Shown: positions 13,684-28,580 of the stretch, in pieces
How positions within the stretch are numbered: the stretch's first letter is position 1
Layout of the letters: every line of letters starts with the position of its first letter
DNA from: the human T2T-CHM13v2.0 reference genome, Homo sapiens
Direction: 5' to 3' (one strand)
Length of the DNA stretch: 64,000 nucleotides
Assembly: GCF_009914755.1 (NCBI RefSeq)
Contig: NC_060930.1
Notes under the pieces: generated by a model
Told to the model about the DNA's origin: nothing
Database searches by the model: none
Seen by the model: the letters and a program-made list of their open reading frames with translations, nothing else
Translations under genes and position numbers: made by a program

Positions 13684-14142
13684 CTTTATGGGTTAAATTG
13701 TGTCCCCCACCAAATTTAAATGTTAGAATCCTAACCTCTAGTGCCTCACAATGTGGACTTATTTGAAAATAAGTCATCGCTGATGTAATTAGTTAAGATG
13801 AGGTCATATTCACGTAAGGTAGGTCCATAATTTCATAGAACTGGTATCCTTAAAAAAATGAAACATTTGGAGACAGACCTGCACACAGGGAGAACACCAA
13901 GTGAAGATGAAGGCAAAGATTAAAGTAATGCAGAGGCCAGGGCATGCCAAAGATTGCCAGTGACCTCCAGAATCTAGGAGAGAAGCATGGAACAGATTCT
14001 CCCTCACAAACTTTAGAAGACACCAACCCGGCTGACACCTTGGTTTTGGACTTCTAGCCTCCAAAATTGTGAGACAATAAATTTCTATGTTTAAGACACT
14101 GAATTTGTGGCATTTTGTTATAGCAGACCTAGCAGACTAATA
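13684..14142 (+). mobile_element. MLT1C (MaLR) solo LTR
   Basis: ttatgggttaaattgtgtcccc ... gaagcatggaacagattctccctca ... ttggacttctagcctccaaaattgtgagacaataaatttc; near-TSD gggac/gggat. Confidence 0.9.
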
Positions 14143-15964
14143 GGGATGCATGAAGTTGTGCAGTGCATAACCTGCACTGATATAAGTGGTCTCCCAGCAG
14201 GTTGCCAAGGCTTAGGTCTAGGTCATGTACACGAAACTTGGTAAACCCTTAATGCTTTTTCAAAGTTAATTTATTTGAAAATGAGAATAAATGTGTAGCT
14301 CAGAATATATCTTGAATAATAATTTTCTCCTATAAAAACATTGTTCATCTTGAATTGTAGATCTTTCTTAAAGGATGAAATTTATTCTTTTTTTCCTCCA
14401 TCACTGCCATTATTATGCCTGTGAAAAGTAACCAACTCTGATGTCATTTAGCATGATTTTCCAATAGTATCAATTTCAAAAGTTTCAATTTACTTACTAA
14501 AAAGTTTTGTTAATCAAGGACATGGTTCATATAATTATGAATATTGGAGTTACTGGGAGAACTCCAGATGTTGTTATCAATTTTTCTAATTCATATTTTT
14601 GGCATATAGCTTTAAGATAAAACATTAACGCATCAATAGTAGTTTATTATAATTATTATTGCTTACTCTTAACTACATACTTTGATGCTTAGTTAAATTT
14701 GTTTATTCAGCCAAGAAATTTCACTACATACAAATCTGATTTTCTCTACTTACATAGAATATATTTGTTTGTGTGTAGATATGAAGCAGCTTTGTTAATT
14801 TTGACTTTGACTATTTTTATAAGCATCTGTGTAAATCAGGAGATGAATTGGGTAGGATGTTAATCTGAGTATAACACCAAGTTTGGAGTGGGGGAGCAAA
14901 GTAACAGATGAGTGATGATCAAGGTGACTAATGAAAGCTATGGAGAACTAAAAACTCTGGTGGATACAATAGCCCAACAGAAGTCACTGAAGATTAACAA
15001 TTAAGTTGCCCAGATAATCTCTGGTTTGGGTAAGCCAGAAGCATAAAAACAGATCTGATCTGTAGTTTGGGACTTGCTCATTCAATGAAGGTGGACAATA
15101 TCACCATTGCCAATTCTTTCATATATATTTGTTAGGAATGATTTAATTGAACAGATAATATTGTAAACCTGCAAGAAGAAATCTTAGTTTTAAATAGACT
15201 AGAATATAAGATGGAAGGTAGAACAAAGATATGGAAACATGCTTTAAAATACTTTGGTTTATATATGAAAATGACATTACTCCCTTTCAGCCCAAATTAA
15301 TTTTAGAGGAAATATATATAGCACATCATAATTCTATCTCAAGTCATTTTTTTGTTGTTGGCCATTGGGATGGTGAATCAACTTAGTTACTAGGTAACAC
15401 AGAATAAGTCTTTGAGGTAAAAATAAAGTCAATAGTTCTACTACTAATAAACCTTGGCTTCATTAGTTCTACGCAAACCAGTAGGTTACAGAATGGAAAA
15501 GACACTACATAACAATTGAAAATGTAATAAGTATTATATCTTACAAGTAAGAATTGTTTTACAGGCGAATTGTTAATTCTATAGTTTTTAATACCCAAAG
15601 GAACTATAATGAAGACCTTTAAATTGCCACGTCCTTAAGCTGAGATTAGAATTGTTCTAAGGAGTACTTTCATGTCTATGTCAAGTCCAATTTTCTCCAA
15701 CATTCTTTATCTCCCTATGTTAGATTCAACTGGTGTATTCCTTTAATCTATACAGACAATGCATTTATAAAACTTACTTGACCTTTAATCATATAGTTCT
15801 CAGTTGCAAATGTTAATGCTTCCACATATGTTAAACTCCTTTTCTTATCCAGGCTGTAAGGCTCAAAAGCATACCCTGTACTACACTTCTTTTGTCCCCT
15901 CTGCCAGTTTCAGTTCATTCCCAGGCATATCATAAGTATGCTGCAGTAATATAAATGCAGAAAT

Positions 15965-16340
15965 TGGCACCATATAGGCTGATAATTTCTCACAAATTGA
16001 ACTTACTCAGGTAAAGTGTTTCTAGGTTAAGAAACAAAACATTACCAGTACCCTCAGAAATATCCTCATAACTCTATCCAGTCAAGACTCAATCCCCAAG
16101 GAAAATCAATATCTTAACATCTAATGAGGTTTATTGTGTACTTTTTGGAAATGGAATTATACAAGATATAATCTTTAAATTTGACTTATCTCTTTCTTTA
16201 TCATTGTAAGAATTGCCTGTATGTTATGTGTAGTTTTAGACTGCTCATTCTCATTAATGTATAATACAAAATATTTTAGCTCTTCATTTTACTGTTGATG
16301 GGATTTTCATTAATTTCTAGTTGGGGACTATTATACTAAA
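15965..16340 (-). mobile_element. L1ME-type 3' UTR fragment
   Basis: aagaaacaaaacattaccagtaccctcagaa; aaatggaattatac; actgttgatgggattttc. Confidence 0.65.
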
Positions 16341-16639
16341 TGTAGAGCTAAAATATAGTGATTTGTTCATTGCTGTTTGATTACATTGCTCTGAGGTCAC
16401 TCAGTTCTAAGATTTGAAAAGCAAATGACAAATTAGTCATATTACATGTACCAATATCTATTTTACTTTTAAATAAGCACTTTTTAATATTGGGAGAGTG
16501 TATTTTGAAAACATTAAAATGGAGTATGTGGGCTTCTTTCTCAAACAGCCACTTTTATTTAGTCCAAATTTTCAAGTTCTCTATTAAAACCTAGTCTTGC
16601 ATCTTAGATTAAAATATATTATTTTTGCTAAGAAGCTGC

Positions 16640-16965
16640 CATGTCATATGGAAATTCATATGTTGAAATCCTATCCTCCAATGTAATAGAATTAGGAGGA
16701 GAGAGGTAATTAGACCATGAGAGTAGAACCCTTCACAAATGGCATTATTGGCTTTGTAAAGGAGACCACATTTAGCTAGCTCCTTCTATGATGTGAGGAT
16801 AAAGCAGCACAAAGTTGCCATCTATAAGGAACAGGTCCTCACCAGACACCCATTTGCTGATAAACTGATCTTGGAATTCCCAGCCTCCAGAACTATGAGA
16901 AATAAGTGTTTATTGTTGATGCAATTTATGGTATTTTTATTATAACAATCTGAATAAACTAAGCT
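16640..16965 (+). mobile_element. MLT1A-type (MaLR) LTR
   Basis: aaattcatatgttgaaatcct ... cctcaccagacacc ... gatcttggaattcccagcctccagaactatgagaaataag. Confidence 0.85.
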
Positions 16966-17179
16966 AGAAGCATTTGAGGATTAGTATAGATGTTCCCACT
17001 TGGCAACATTCAGAAATAAAACAAGCCTACAGAAAGAATAAACCAATATGCATCCTATCCCATTCCCCACACCACCCAGACTATCCCCATAAAAATCTCA
17101 GCATGACTATTGTGAAAAAATATGTGTATGTCTACATATACATATAAACAGACATATATGAACATATGTGTGCATGTCT

Positions 17180-20100
17180 ACATTTTCAATAGACCTTTTT
17201 TAAAGAAGTTTTAGATTCACGGCAAAAAAGAGCAGAAGTAAAGAGTAACACATATGGCCTGACCCTCCACCCCCATCCACGTCCACTGTCAACATCCCTC
17301 AACAGAGTGGTAGGTTTATTACAATCAATTAATCTACATTGACAAATTATCTGCCCAAGTCCACAGTTTACATTAGTGGTGTTTACTCTTGGTGTTATAA
17401 ATTCTATGGGTTTGGACAAATTTATAACGACATGTATCTACTACTACAGTATCCCACAAAATAGTTTCACCACCCTACAATTCACTGTGCTTTACCTATA
17501 TTTCCCTCCCCACTAACTCCTGACAACCATGGATCTTTTTACCATCTCCATAGTTTTGCCTTTTCCAGAATGTCACATAGTTAAGATTCTACAGTATGTA
17601 GCCTTTTCAGATTGGTTTCTTTCGCTTAGTAATACTCATTTAAGGTTGTTCTATGTCTTTTCATGACTTGATAGCTCATTTGTTTTTAGCACTGAATAAT
17701 ATTCCATAGTCAGGATGTAACACAGTTTAGTTATTTATTCACATGCTGAAGGATTTCTGGTTTGCCTCTGAGAATTTGGAATAGTGAAAAAGGTGCCATA
17801 AACATCCGTGTGTAGGTTTTTGTATAAACATAATTTTTCAAACACTTTGGATAAGTAGCAATGAGCTCAATTGTTGAATCATATGGTTAGAGTATATTTA
17901 GATTTGTAAGAAACTGCCAAACTGTCTGGTAAGGTGACTGTACTATTTTGTATTCCCACCAGCAATGAATGAGAGTTTCTATTGCTACACATCCTTGTCA
18001 GCATTTGGTGTTGTCAGTGTTGCAGATTTTGGTCATTGTAATAGATGTGTAGTGGTATCTCATTGCTCTAACTTGGATTTCCCGGATGATATGTGATCTG
18101 GAATATCTTTTCACATGCTTATTTGCCATCTGTATATCTTCTTTGGTGAGGTATCTGTTAAGGTCGTTGGCTCATTTTGAAATAATTTTTTAAAATTATT
18201 ATTATTGTTGAATTTTCATGGTTCTTGGTATATTTTGGATAACAGTTCTTTATCAGTTATGTTTGTTGTAAATATGTCATCCTAGTCTGTGTCGTATCTT
18301 CTCATTTCCTGACAATGCATTTTGCAGAACAGAAGTTTAGAAGTTTTTAATTTTAATGATGTTCAGCTCCTTTATTTTTTCATAAATCATGCCTTTGGTG
18401 TTGTATTTAAGAAATCATAGACATCCCCAAAGTCATCTTGATTTTCTCGTATATTATCTTCTAGGAATTTCACAGTTTTGCATTTTACATTTAGGTCTGT
18501 GATGGTACTGCTAAAGTCAACTACCATTTGAGATAGGTACTAAGAAGGGTATAAATTCTGTGTCTAGATACTTTAATTTTCTTCAGGTGGATGTCTAGTT
18601 GTTCAAAGCATTGTTTGCTGAAAAGACTATTTTTTTTTCATTGTAGTGTCCTTATTCCTTTGTAAATATAATCATTCAGTTGATTATATTTGTGTGGATC
18701 CATTTCTGGGCTCCCTGTTGTGTTTTATTCATCAAGTTGTCTATTGTTTGTTTGTTTTTACCAATAACACACTGTCTTTATCACTAGGACAGTGATAAGT
18801 AGGACAGTGTCACTCCTCTGACTTTGTTCTTCTCCTTCAATATTGTGTTAATTATTCTGTGTATTTTCCCTCTCCATACAAGCTGTAGAATCAGTTTTTC
18901 AATAACCACAAAACAACTTACTGGGATTCTGATTGGGATCATGTTGAATCTATAGGTCAAGTTGGGAAGAACTGACATCTTAACAATATTGAGTCTCTCT
19001 ATCCATAATCCTGGAATATCTCTCCCTTTAGTTCTTCTTTGACTACTTTCATTGAAGTTTTATAGTTTCCTTTACATAGATCTTGTACATACACCAATTT
19101 ATTTTTGAGTGTTTAACCGCCTTACATATCTGGAAAAGTCCCACTTAATCCTGGTGCATAATTTTTTTTCTGTTGTTAGATTTCATTTGCTAATATTTTG
19201 TTGATGATTTTTATGTCTAAGTTGATGAAAGATATTGGTTTACAGTTTTCTTTTATTGTAATATCTTTACTTGGTCATTTCTTACGGTAACACCATCCTC
19301 ATAGAATGTGTCTGAAAGTGTTTACCATTTCTATATTTTCTGGAGAAGGTTGTAAAGAATTGAAAGCATTTCTTCCTTAAATATTTGATAGACTCACTCT
19401 CTGGTTCTGGTGTACATCTGGTAGTTTGTGTCTTTCAGGCAAATGTTCCATTTAATATAAGCTATTAAACTTGTGGATATAGCTCTATTCATTGTAGCTC
19501 TATATTTTTCATAGGATTAGCACAGATGAGCCTTTTAATTTTTTTAATTGACATTGAACACTGGTAATGTGTACCTCCTGTCTCTCTCTCTCTGTCTCTC
19601 TCTCTCTGTCTCTCTCCCTCTCTCCCCTCCTTACTTCTCTTTTGATTTCCACTCCAACTTTATTTTCTTTTTATTTCTTTTTCTGTTGATTCATGTTTTG
19701 TTTTATCTTCTTTATCTTTCTTTCTCTAGTTTTTCTAAGATTAAATTATTTTTTAGATTTTTAATGTATATTTAATCCTATAAATTTCCTAGTTAGCAAT
19801 GCTTTCAGTATATTTTCATTTTCAATTAATTAAAACCTTCTCTTGAGATTTGTTTTGCCAATTTTTGTAGCAGCTTGTTTATTAATCTACACATAATTGT
19901 AGATTTCTTCCAGCTATCTGTTTTTTATTTCTAGTTTAATTTTGTTTTTGTCTGAGAATATACTTTATATGATTTGTTTTTATTTTTAATTTGTTAAAGT
20001 ATGTTTCCTGGCTAAAAATGTGATCTGTCTTGGTAAATGTTCCATTTGAGCTAAAGAATGTGTATTCTGCTATCGCTGGATGGTGTATTCTATAAATGTC

Positions 20101-22330
20101 AGTTAAGTCAAGTATATTGATGGTGTTATTCACGTCAACTTTATCTTTGCTGACATTCTGTCTGCTTGGTGAATAAATTACTGGCAGAGAGATGTTGAAG
20201 TTTCCAATTATAACAAAGAATTTGTCCATTTTTCCTTGAAATTCTGTTAGTTTTTTTTGCCCATGTATTTTGAGACACTACTGTTAAATTCATATATATT
20301 TAGAGCTGTTATGTATTTTTAAAAAACTGCAACTTTTATTATTGTGTTACATTCCTGTTTATCCCTGATAATTTTCTTTGTTTCAAAGTCTGCCTTGTCT
20401 GAAATTAATACAGTTACTTCAGCTTTTCTTTAGGTAGCATTAATATAGCATATATTTCGCCATCTCTTTTTTTAAACTGTCTTTATATTTAAAATACATT
20501 TCTTGTAGCCAACATATAGTTTGGGTTTTGAAATCAATTCTGACAATCTGTCTTTTAATTGATGTCTTTAGGCCATTCATATTTAATGTGATTACTAATA
20601 TAGATTGAATAATATCTATCAGATCCATGTTTTCTATTTATTGAATTTATTTTCTGTTTCTTCTCCCTTTATCCTTATTTTCTACCCTTTCTGACTTAAT
20701 TTAAGCTTTTATAAGATTCTATTTTATGTGCTTTCTTTGTATGCTTCACCTTTTAAACAGTTTTCAATAATTGTTATGGAATTTACAATATACATTTCCT
20801 ACTAACCTAAGTATACCTTCAAATAATATTATGTACCTTGTTGGGTAAAGCGGCATTGTTCTCATTCATTTCACTTACTCATACGTTATATTCATCCAAT
20901 ATATTATTAGTAACATAGCTTTCAACAAAAAGATGTCTTTTAAATCAATTACAAATGAGAAAAAGAAAACACTTCATTTTGTCTGCATTTATTTCTTCTA
21001 TAAAATTCTCCCTTTAGAGAGAATAAATAATATTCAAATATCTTACCTATATCATTTTCCTTCTACCTGAAGAACTTGTTTTAGATTCTTGCAGGACAGT
21101 TCCTCCTAATGAAATTCCTCTGGTTTTGTTTGTCTGAGAAAGTATTTATTCTCCACTTTTGACAGATAATTTTGCTGAATATAAAATTCTAAATTGGTGG
21201 CTTTTTTCTTATTTCAATCACCTAAATATTTCTCACTCCATTTACTACTGCCTTTCATAGTATCTGATGAGTTCACTGAAATTCCTATCTGGGTTTTTCT
21301 ATAGGAACTAACATTGTGCCCCTTCCCACTTTATGACTTCTTCCTTTGGTTTTTGTTTTCTACAGTTTGAGTATGATATACCTAGTTATAGTTTATTCAT
21401 TTTGCTTTTCTTTATTCTGTTTTGTTTTGTTTTCTTTAGGGGGAGGTAGTTACAGTGTTTGCTGTTCTCTGATTTTTGTATCTTTCATTAATGTTGAAAA
21501 ATTCTCAGTCATTGTTACTCTAAATTATTTCTTCTGCTCTCTTCTATCTCACTTTTCTGGTAATCTAATGTAATGTGTATATTACATCTTTTGAGATTGC
21601 CGCACAGCTCTTAGATGTTCTGTCCTGCTTTTGCCTTCTTTTTCCTCTTTGCATTTCAGTTTGAGAAATTCCTTTTGACCTATGTTCAGGTTCACTGATT
21701 CTTTTCTTGGCCACATCAACTCTACTAATGAGCCCGTAAAAGGCACACTTCACTTATGTTAAATAGTTTTTCAAGTTCTTGTATTTCTTTTGATTTTTTC
21801 TTAGAGTTCCCTTCTCTATTCTTGCATTAACCATATGTATTTCATGTTGCCTACTTTTTTTCCCTTAGAGCACTTAACATGTTAATCATAGCTGTTTTAA
21901 ATTTCAGTAATTACAACATCTGTGTCATACCTGAATCAGATTCTAATCTTTTCATTGTCTCTCCAAACTGCTTTTTCTTGTATTTTGGTGTCTTCTAACT
22001 TTTTGTTTAAAGACTAATGCGGTATCTGTATTAGAAATTGATGTGCCTAAGCCTTTATTGTGAAGATTTACATTAACGTGCATAGGAGCTAGGCTCTATT
22101 TAATGTTTGTTGTATCCACAGGTACCAGGGGTTTCAAATTCCTCTAGTGTCCTTATTTTTGTCTCCATGCTTAATTCTTGTCATCCCTATGTATTCCTCC
22201 TCTCAGAGAATTTGAGTCTTGTAACTCTGTTAGCTATAATTATGCTGAAGTTTTGATTGTATGCTAGTCAAGTATGGAGCATTCAATAATTTTCCAATTA
22301 AATCTTAGTTTTTCAGTGTCCTGTGTCTCT
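17180..22330 (-). mobile_element. L1MC-type element (3' UTR like L1MC1), with ORF2, ORF1 and 5' remnants and internal deletions
   Basis: L1MC 3' end (ttttagattcacggcaaaa..gagcagaagta; ggtgttataaattctatgggtttggacaaa); ORF2 endonuclease peptides (IIGNFNISL..DLTDIYRIHHP..YTFFSS; ITLNMNGLKTSIKRQ), ORF2 peptide MSVLPNLTYRFN and ORF1-like GLISRVDVAKKRISE in the track; (CT)n at ~19579-19630. Confidence 0.9.
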
Positions 22331-22344
22331 GAGATGTGCTTAAT

Positions 22345-23165
22345 TTTTGAATAATGTTTGCATATGCTGTATGGAGATGAATAAGTTTCTTCTTTTTCCA
22401 TGTAGTTTTTTAGTATCATTGACTGAAAAATATCCTTTTTCCTTTGAATTTCCTTGACAATTTTGGCAAATCTGAATTTACCTTATACGTGTGGGTGTAT
22501 TTCATTTCTTTCAAATTTTTCATTGATCTATGCCTATATTTATGGCAGTACCATGCTGACTTAATTAGTGAGGATTTATAATGTCTTATAATCACGTAGT
22601 ACACCAAAACCTCAGCAACAAACCTTCACATGTACTCCCTGAATCTAAAAGTTGAAAAAACAAAACAAAAAACAAAACAGATAGTACATGTTATCTGATT
22701 TTGTTTTCTTGTTAAAATACGTTATGATTTCTACATAAATTTCTAAATTATTTGTAATTCTTAAAAAGCTTAGTGGGATTTTTATTAGGATGATATTAAA
22801 TTTGTACACTAACTTGGGGAGAACATTTTAGCTGTATTAGTTTTCGGTGGTATATCTATTTTTTGGTGTATCAATTTTTTTAGACCTTATTTTCTCTCAG
22901 TGATATTTGGTAATTTTCATTGTATAGATATTTATATATTTTAATGAAGTTTTTCTAAGCATTTATTTTGATGTATTGTGAATGAAATTGTTTTTAAACC
23001 TTATTATCAGGAAGTATGTTACAAGTATATAAAAATACAATTTATTTTTATATAACAAACCTACATCCTGAGAACAGTGACCTTGCCAAATTTACTTCTA
23101 ATAAATTTTAGTTGGTTCTTTAGGATTGTCCTCATAGGTAACAACCATGTTATTTCCAAATAAAG
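22345..23165 (-). mobile_element. Old L1M ORF2 fragment
   Basis: Track peptide YKSSLIKSAWYCHKYRHRS resembles ORF2 YYKA..IKT.WYW; gtgggatttttattaggatgatattaaatttgtacactaacttggggaga. Confidence 0.7.
22595..22680 (+). mobile_element. Tiny L1PB/L1PA-type 3' end with (AAAAC)n tail
   Basis: gtacaccaaaacctcagcaacaaaccttcacatgtactccctgaatctaaaagttg plus A-rich tail. Confidence 0.7.
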
Positions 23166-23603
23166 GGATCTTTGAGACATTGGACATTACAACATACTAA
23201 TTATTGGAGTCAATGTCGAAGAAAGAAAATGATCTAAAATCCATGAAATCCACATCACACCTGTCTTCTCTCTCTCAAGGAATCAAAAGAGATATTTAGC
23301 CTATGATTTTGTACCCAATCTTACTGCCCTCTCTTACACAAATCTTGTTGAAAACATCATCTAAAAAATGTTTTATTTAATGAAAAGATCCAAGTTCTAA
23401 TTTTGTTGTCTCAAATCAGCAGTATTTCTCTTGTTTTCTCGAATGTTTGTTGTTTCAGCATATTATATTAATATATCAGTTCATTATTTGGACAATTTTA
23501 GTGATGAGAGCATGTGGCTTCCCAGTGGAGCTCTCTATTGAGGTAGTCTTACTCTTGAAGACCAGGGGAACTAACTAGTGGGCAAACTTAAAATCCACTT
23601 TTT

Positions 23604-23915
<312 letters not shown>

Positions 23916-26259
23916 AAAATCCACTTTTTAATTGCCTATAAATAGAAATTTTGGCCTTTGAAAAATATATTTGTTGTTCCTATTGAAACATATATAATAA
24001 TCCCTTATTTGTTTACTTTTGCATACCTTAGTGTACATGCTATTATTGTGTAGACATTTCTCAAAAAGAGTATCCTATCAGAAAATTAAGGCATGGTCTT
24101 TTTAAAAAGTAGGATTTTCTAAGTGACAATAACATTTAGAAATTTTAAAATCCCTTGGGATATACTTTTGTATATCATTATGGATTTCATTAAGAGTTAT
24201 AAAAATCCAAAATTCTAGAGCGATTTAATATGTTCGGGAGTTTAAATTTCTTTTATTGCATATAGTTACATTTGCATAAAAGTTAAGTAAAGCAATTTCA
24301 GTTCTGTTGAACAAAGGGAGGAAAAATCCATGGTGAATAACCTGTGATGATAGTCTTTTCTACAATTTTGACTTTATCTTTACTCCTCAGGAAAAGGAGC
24401 TTAACAGCTTTTTGTCATAACAGAAATCAAACACTAAGCACTTCTTTTCATATATAGCAAATGATAAAGGAAAGCCCATAGATGATTTAGCTGTAAGAAG
24501 ACTGATACCCATTAATTTAGTGTTGTTTTGGGTATATTATTCTATTTTGCTAAGATTAATCTCCCAACCTGTGTAGCCATTGTGCCAACTATTTATTTGA
24601 TAAAAGGTGGTACAGTTTGTGAACCTGAATTTATTCTTCCTTTTTATATCCTTATTATGGTCAACATATTAAATAATACAAATGTGTACATGAATATATA
24701 TTCAACATTCTAGTGGGAATTATACATAAATAAGAGAAAAACATATTTGCCTTGGGAAGGAGACAAGATTTTAGGTGGTAAAAGATATTGAATGTTTATG
24801 CTGGATGTGGTTATAATAATCAACTTGTCCCTTCTATTCTCCAGTCTTTTTACCTCTATTGAGAATTGTGTTTATGTCTCCTTGACAGACAACACAATGT
24901 AGGAGAATTAACTGAAAGGAATCAAGTTCTTTCTGATATCTAAATAATATCCTATTCTCTTAAACATACCAGAATATCACTAATGAATATGTTACCATAC
25001 TTTCCCACCAGTAAAACACCTGCGTCATCAACTAGAATCCCAGGAAAAAAAGAAGGTGCCATACACTGCATTTTAGTATATTTTACAACCTGTTTCTAAT
25101 CTGCCATAAAATGTGTGACCATGTGTTTTCGTCTTTTAAGACAATTTAAACATTAATTTGTGCAGTAGCAATAGAAAAAAAAAACAAGACAATTTCAACA
25201 GACTGATTGTGTAGGTCTAATTACCAAAGCATTATAAATCCTGTGAAAATGCATACTGGTCTTATTTATGAAACAAAGAGCTCATATTCTCAGAGGGCTT
25301 TCTAGTGATTAGTACCTCTCCCCAGTATCTATTTTGAGAAAAAAAAAAAAGGCAGACTGAGGTAAAATCGGTATAATGGGCTTATTTTCACCCATGGTCC
25401 TTTCTCTTCCTCACTGTAATCTTGACGAGCCTTTTAGAAACATTCGATCCCAATTTCCTAATAAGCAAGAAGAAAGGCTTAAGCTTGATGTGTCTAACAA
25501 TAACCCAGTGCAAACATTACATTCCATAGGTTTTATTTTCATTAGATACTGTACCTTCTTTTACAATTTTCATGTCAGTGTTTTCCTAAATATTTAATTA
25601 TTTTAGGTTTTTTTCCAAGTAGAATTTATGAAATAAAATGTAATACTTTTTTTCCATATGGAACAGTCAGAGAGAACATAGACACACATTAGACAATAGA
25701 CATGGGCATGGGAGAAAAGAAAACAACAGTTATTCTTCAACCATAGATTTGCTTGTCATTTCTTTCAAAAATTTTTCTTTCCTTTAGAGAAATCTAATTT
25801 TATGCATGAAAGCATATCCTTAATTTCAAGAGAGGATGATGGTATCATAATCTGACCTACCCAAGAATTTACAGTTTCCTCCACATTTCCTCACCTGCTA
25901 AGGTAATCAGCATATGTTTCTCTCTACTTCCCAATCAGTTGATTAAATTATTGAACAGTATTTGACCTATATTAGGTAGCATTACATTCATTTGGGATCT
26001 TGTAATGTGATTTGGTGTAATTATTGTTCATTTCAGCAATTCATTGTCTTTTTTCACAGAATTTATGTCTATCTTAATTTACATCTCACTATTTAAGTGA
26101 AATTAAAGTCTCTTTAATAAATGTCACACTGACTTGAAAATCCATATTCTTTAAATACAAAACACATTTCTCTATTAATGTCTAAACTTATTATTTTCCC
26201 CACCATCCTACACTAGTTAAAAGGAACCCAACATAGGCAGGATTAAACTAGTTTTCATT

Positions 26260-26642
26260 ATCATAAAGAAGCCACCGCATATAGGAAACCGTCTAAATAG
26301 CCCATGAGTAGGGTCTGAAGGTAGAAAAAGGAGATATTGTGCAGGTGAGAAATGCCTAGTTGTGTAGTTGGGTAAACTCTTAGGAAAGTGCTGAGCTGTG
26401 GGTCAGCTGCAGGGCATGGCATGGGATTCTGCCTTCCTACTGGGGTCTCTATAAAGTCATGGGCATAACTCAGGGAAGAGGCAGGTCTGAATATTTCTGA
26501 GAAACAAGAGCTTCCCTTATTAATCTGGCCAAGCCACAGCTGACCCTCTAGGGGCTTAAAGTTTATTTGCTTCACTTACAGAGTCTGAAGGTTTATAGAA
26601 GCATATCCCTAGAGTTTTACTATCCTCGTCTTCTGCGTTACA
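26260..26642 (-). mobile_element. Possible ancient LTR (ERVL-like), family not recognised
   Basis: GC-richer ~380-bp island whose minus strand begins TGTAAC; no confident consensus match. Confidence 0.25.
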
Positions 26643-28439
26643 CATGATATATTAGACATCAGTGTGTTCCTTGTACCACTTTGTCTATAATGTTTCCAGT
26701 TTTCTTAGGAAAGTTACATGGGGTTTTGGAAGCTTAGAAAATATAATTTCTCTTCCATGCTTCTGTCCATAGAGGCATAGCAAATTTATAAAATATGAAA
26801 CACGTCATTTCTAAAATATTCCTAACCTGCTTCCTGGTGTCTTTGACTGATGAGATGGTTCAACTGAAGCTGCAAACACTTGACATATTTTTATGCCAAA
26901 TTTATAATAAAATGATATTTTTCTAAGAATTAATGTATCTCCGCTGGTAGAATTGATTAGTATTCATAAGCATTTTCATTGGCACTGCTAACAAAGATAA
27001 TTAATATGCTTTCAACAGATGCCACTTGTGATGCCAATGAGTGAATAAGGACTTTCCTTTTTATTCTAGACATACAGAATAAGTGCCAAAAAGTGCTTTT
27101 GTACCTTTGTGCCTTTGCTTGCCAAATAGATCAGGACTCTTTTTTTAACTGTCTCCACACCAAATTTAACAAACTTTCAGTAAAAAATTTCTTGTTGGGT
27201 AAGGGTGGAGTTCTGATTATGATGTGAGAAAATAATCATGTTGCACAGTTTAAGAAAATACAAATTATTTACACATAGAAAAGTAAAATGCCTTGATGAT
27301 AAGAAAAACATTGGTTTAAAAAACCCTCAAATTTCTAGCTTCTTTACAAAGCCATCAAACACTCAATTCTTAGAGGTATTTATTGGTATTTATTGGCTCA
27401 GAACACTCAATGTACCCTCAGGTAGACAACAACAAAAAATAAATTTAGACACAAAAAGTAGTAGATTTCCATGGTGGTGTTTTCCAATGTATTCTTTTAT
27501 TTGTGAGCTGGCCCACTTCAATCTGTATCATAATCATAAACCCAATTTCTTATCGGCTTCTTCAATGCCACCCAATCCCATGTTCACTTTGATGAATGAT
27601 AGAGTAGTGGGTCCATCACCAAAGGTGGTCTATGTCCTGTCATTTATGCAGATCCTAGACCCTTGTCATGGTTTACAATTGAGAGGCACATATGTAATTC
27701 AACCTGGTATAAAGAAAGCCCCTCCTTGGGATTATCAGATTTAAAATTCAAAACAGTGAGCTACTCTGCATTAAGTTAAATTGTGAATGTAAAGTTCTGG
27801 AGTTATCTAGAATTCTTGCCAAGTGAACTAGAAAGAAAAAACCGATGCAGCTGATAGTGTCACCTGCAACTAAGAGTACTTATTAATATAACAAATTGCA
27901 AATATTGCTGATAGGAAGAGGCGAGGAAAAGCAAGTCCTAAAATATTTGATTCCAAGTTTCTTAAAGTTTGTATAGTTTATTTAAATATCATACTTCTGA
28001 CTTATATCTATATTGTATTTTTTCATTTTTTTTCTCTTAAGCTTGGTGAAGTTATGCTTCCATCACTTGAAACTAAATTAGCATTGAAAACACAACAAAC
28101 TGAAAATATTGCTGATAAATATCCCAAGTTACCAAAAGCTTTCCTAGAGTATATTTTTAAGTGTTTTTCAAAATCCTTAAGCCCACCATTATCACTACTC
28201 ATTCCTCAACACCCACACATACCAGAACATTTCATCTTTTGTATCATTTTTGTTTTTAATTGATTTGATGGAAGAGATAAGGTGGAGTCAAATTGTACAA
28301 AGTCAATTCTGAAGTTTCTTAACCATTATTGAAAACAAATGATACCTTTAAAATAGAATATAGCTAAAGTAACATGAGGTTCAACTATAACTCTGCTGTA
28401 ATTGTACAGTGTCTGAAATTTTTAAACTAGTATCATTTA

Positions 28440-28580
28440 ATAACTCATTTGCTGTTATTTACAAATATTTACTAACCATTTATTATGAGTCAAGCACTCT
28501 CTTATGTGCTTTGATTATAGAAGTGATTAAAACAATTAAAAAGTTCTTGTTAAATGGAGCTTACATTTTGGCATAATCCA
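28440..28580 (-). mobile_element. L2 3' end remnant
   Basis: atttacaaatatttactaaccatttattatgagtcaagcactct...aatggagcttacattt. Confidence 0.6.

Noticed and set aside
14143-14195. Possible MER91-like hAT fragment (gttgtgcagtgcataacctgcac)
   Set aside because: Too short and too diverged to call with confidence.
27238-27744. Longest ORF in the track (168 aa, + strand)
   Set aside because: No recognisable domain, composition typical of AT-rich non-coding DNA and no promoter or splice context; one such ORF in 64 kb is plausible by chance.
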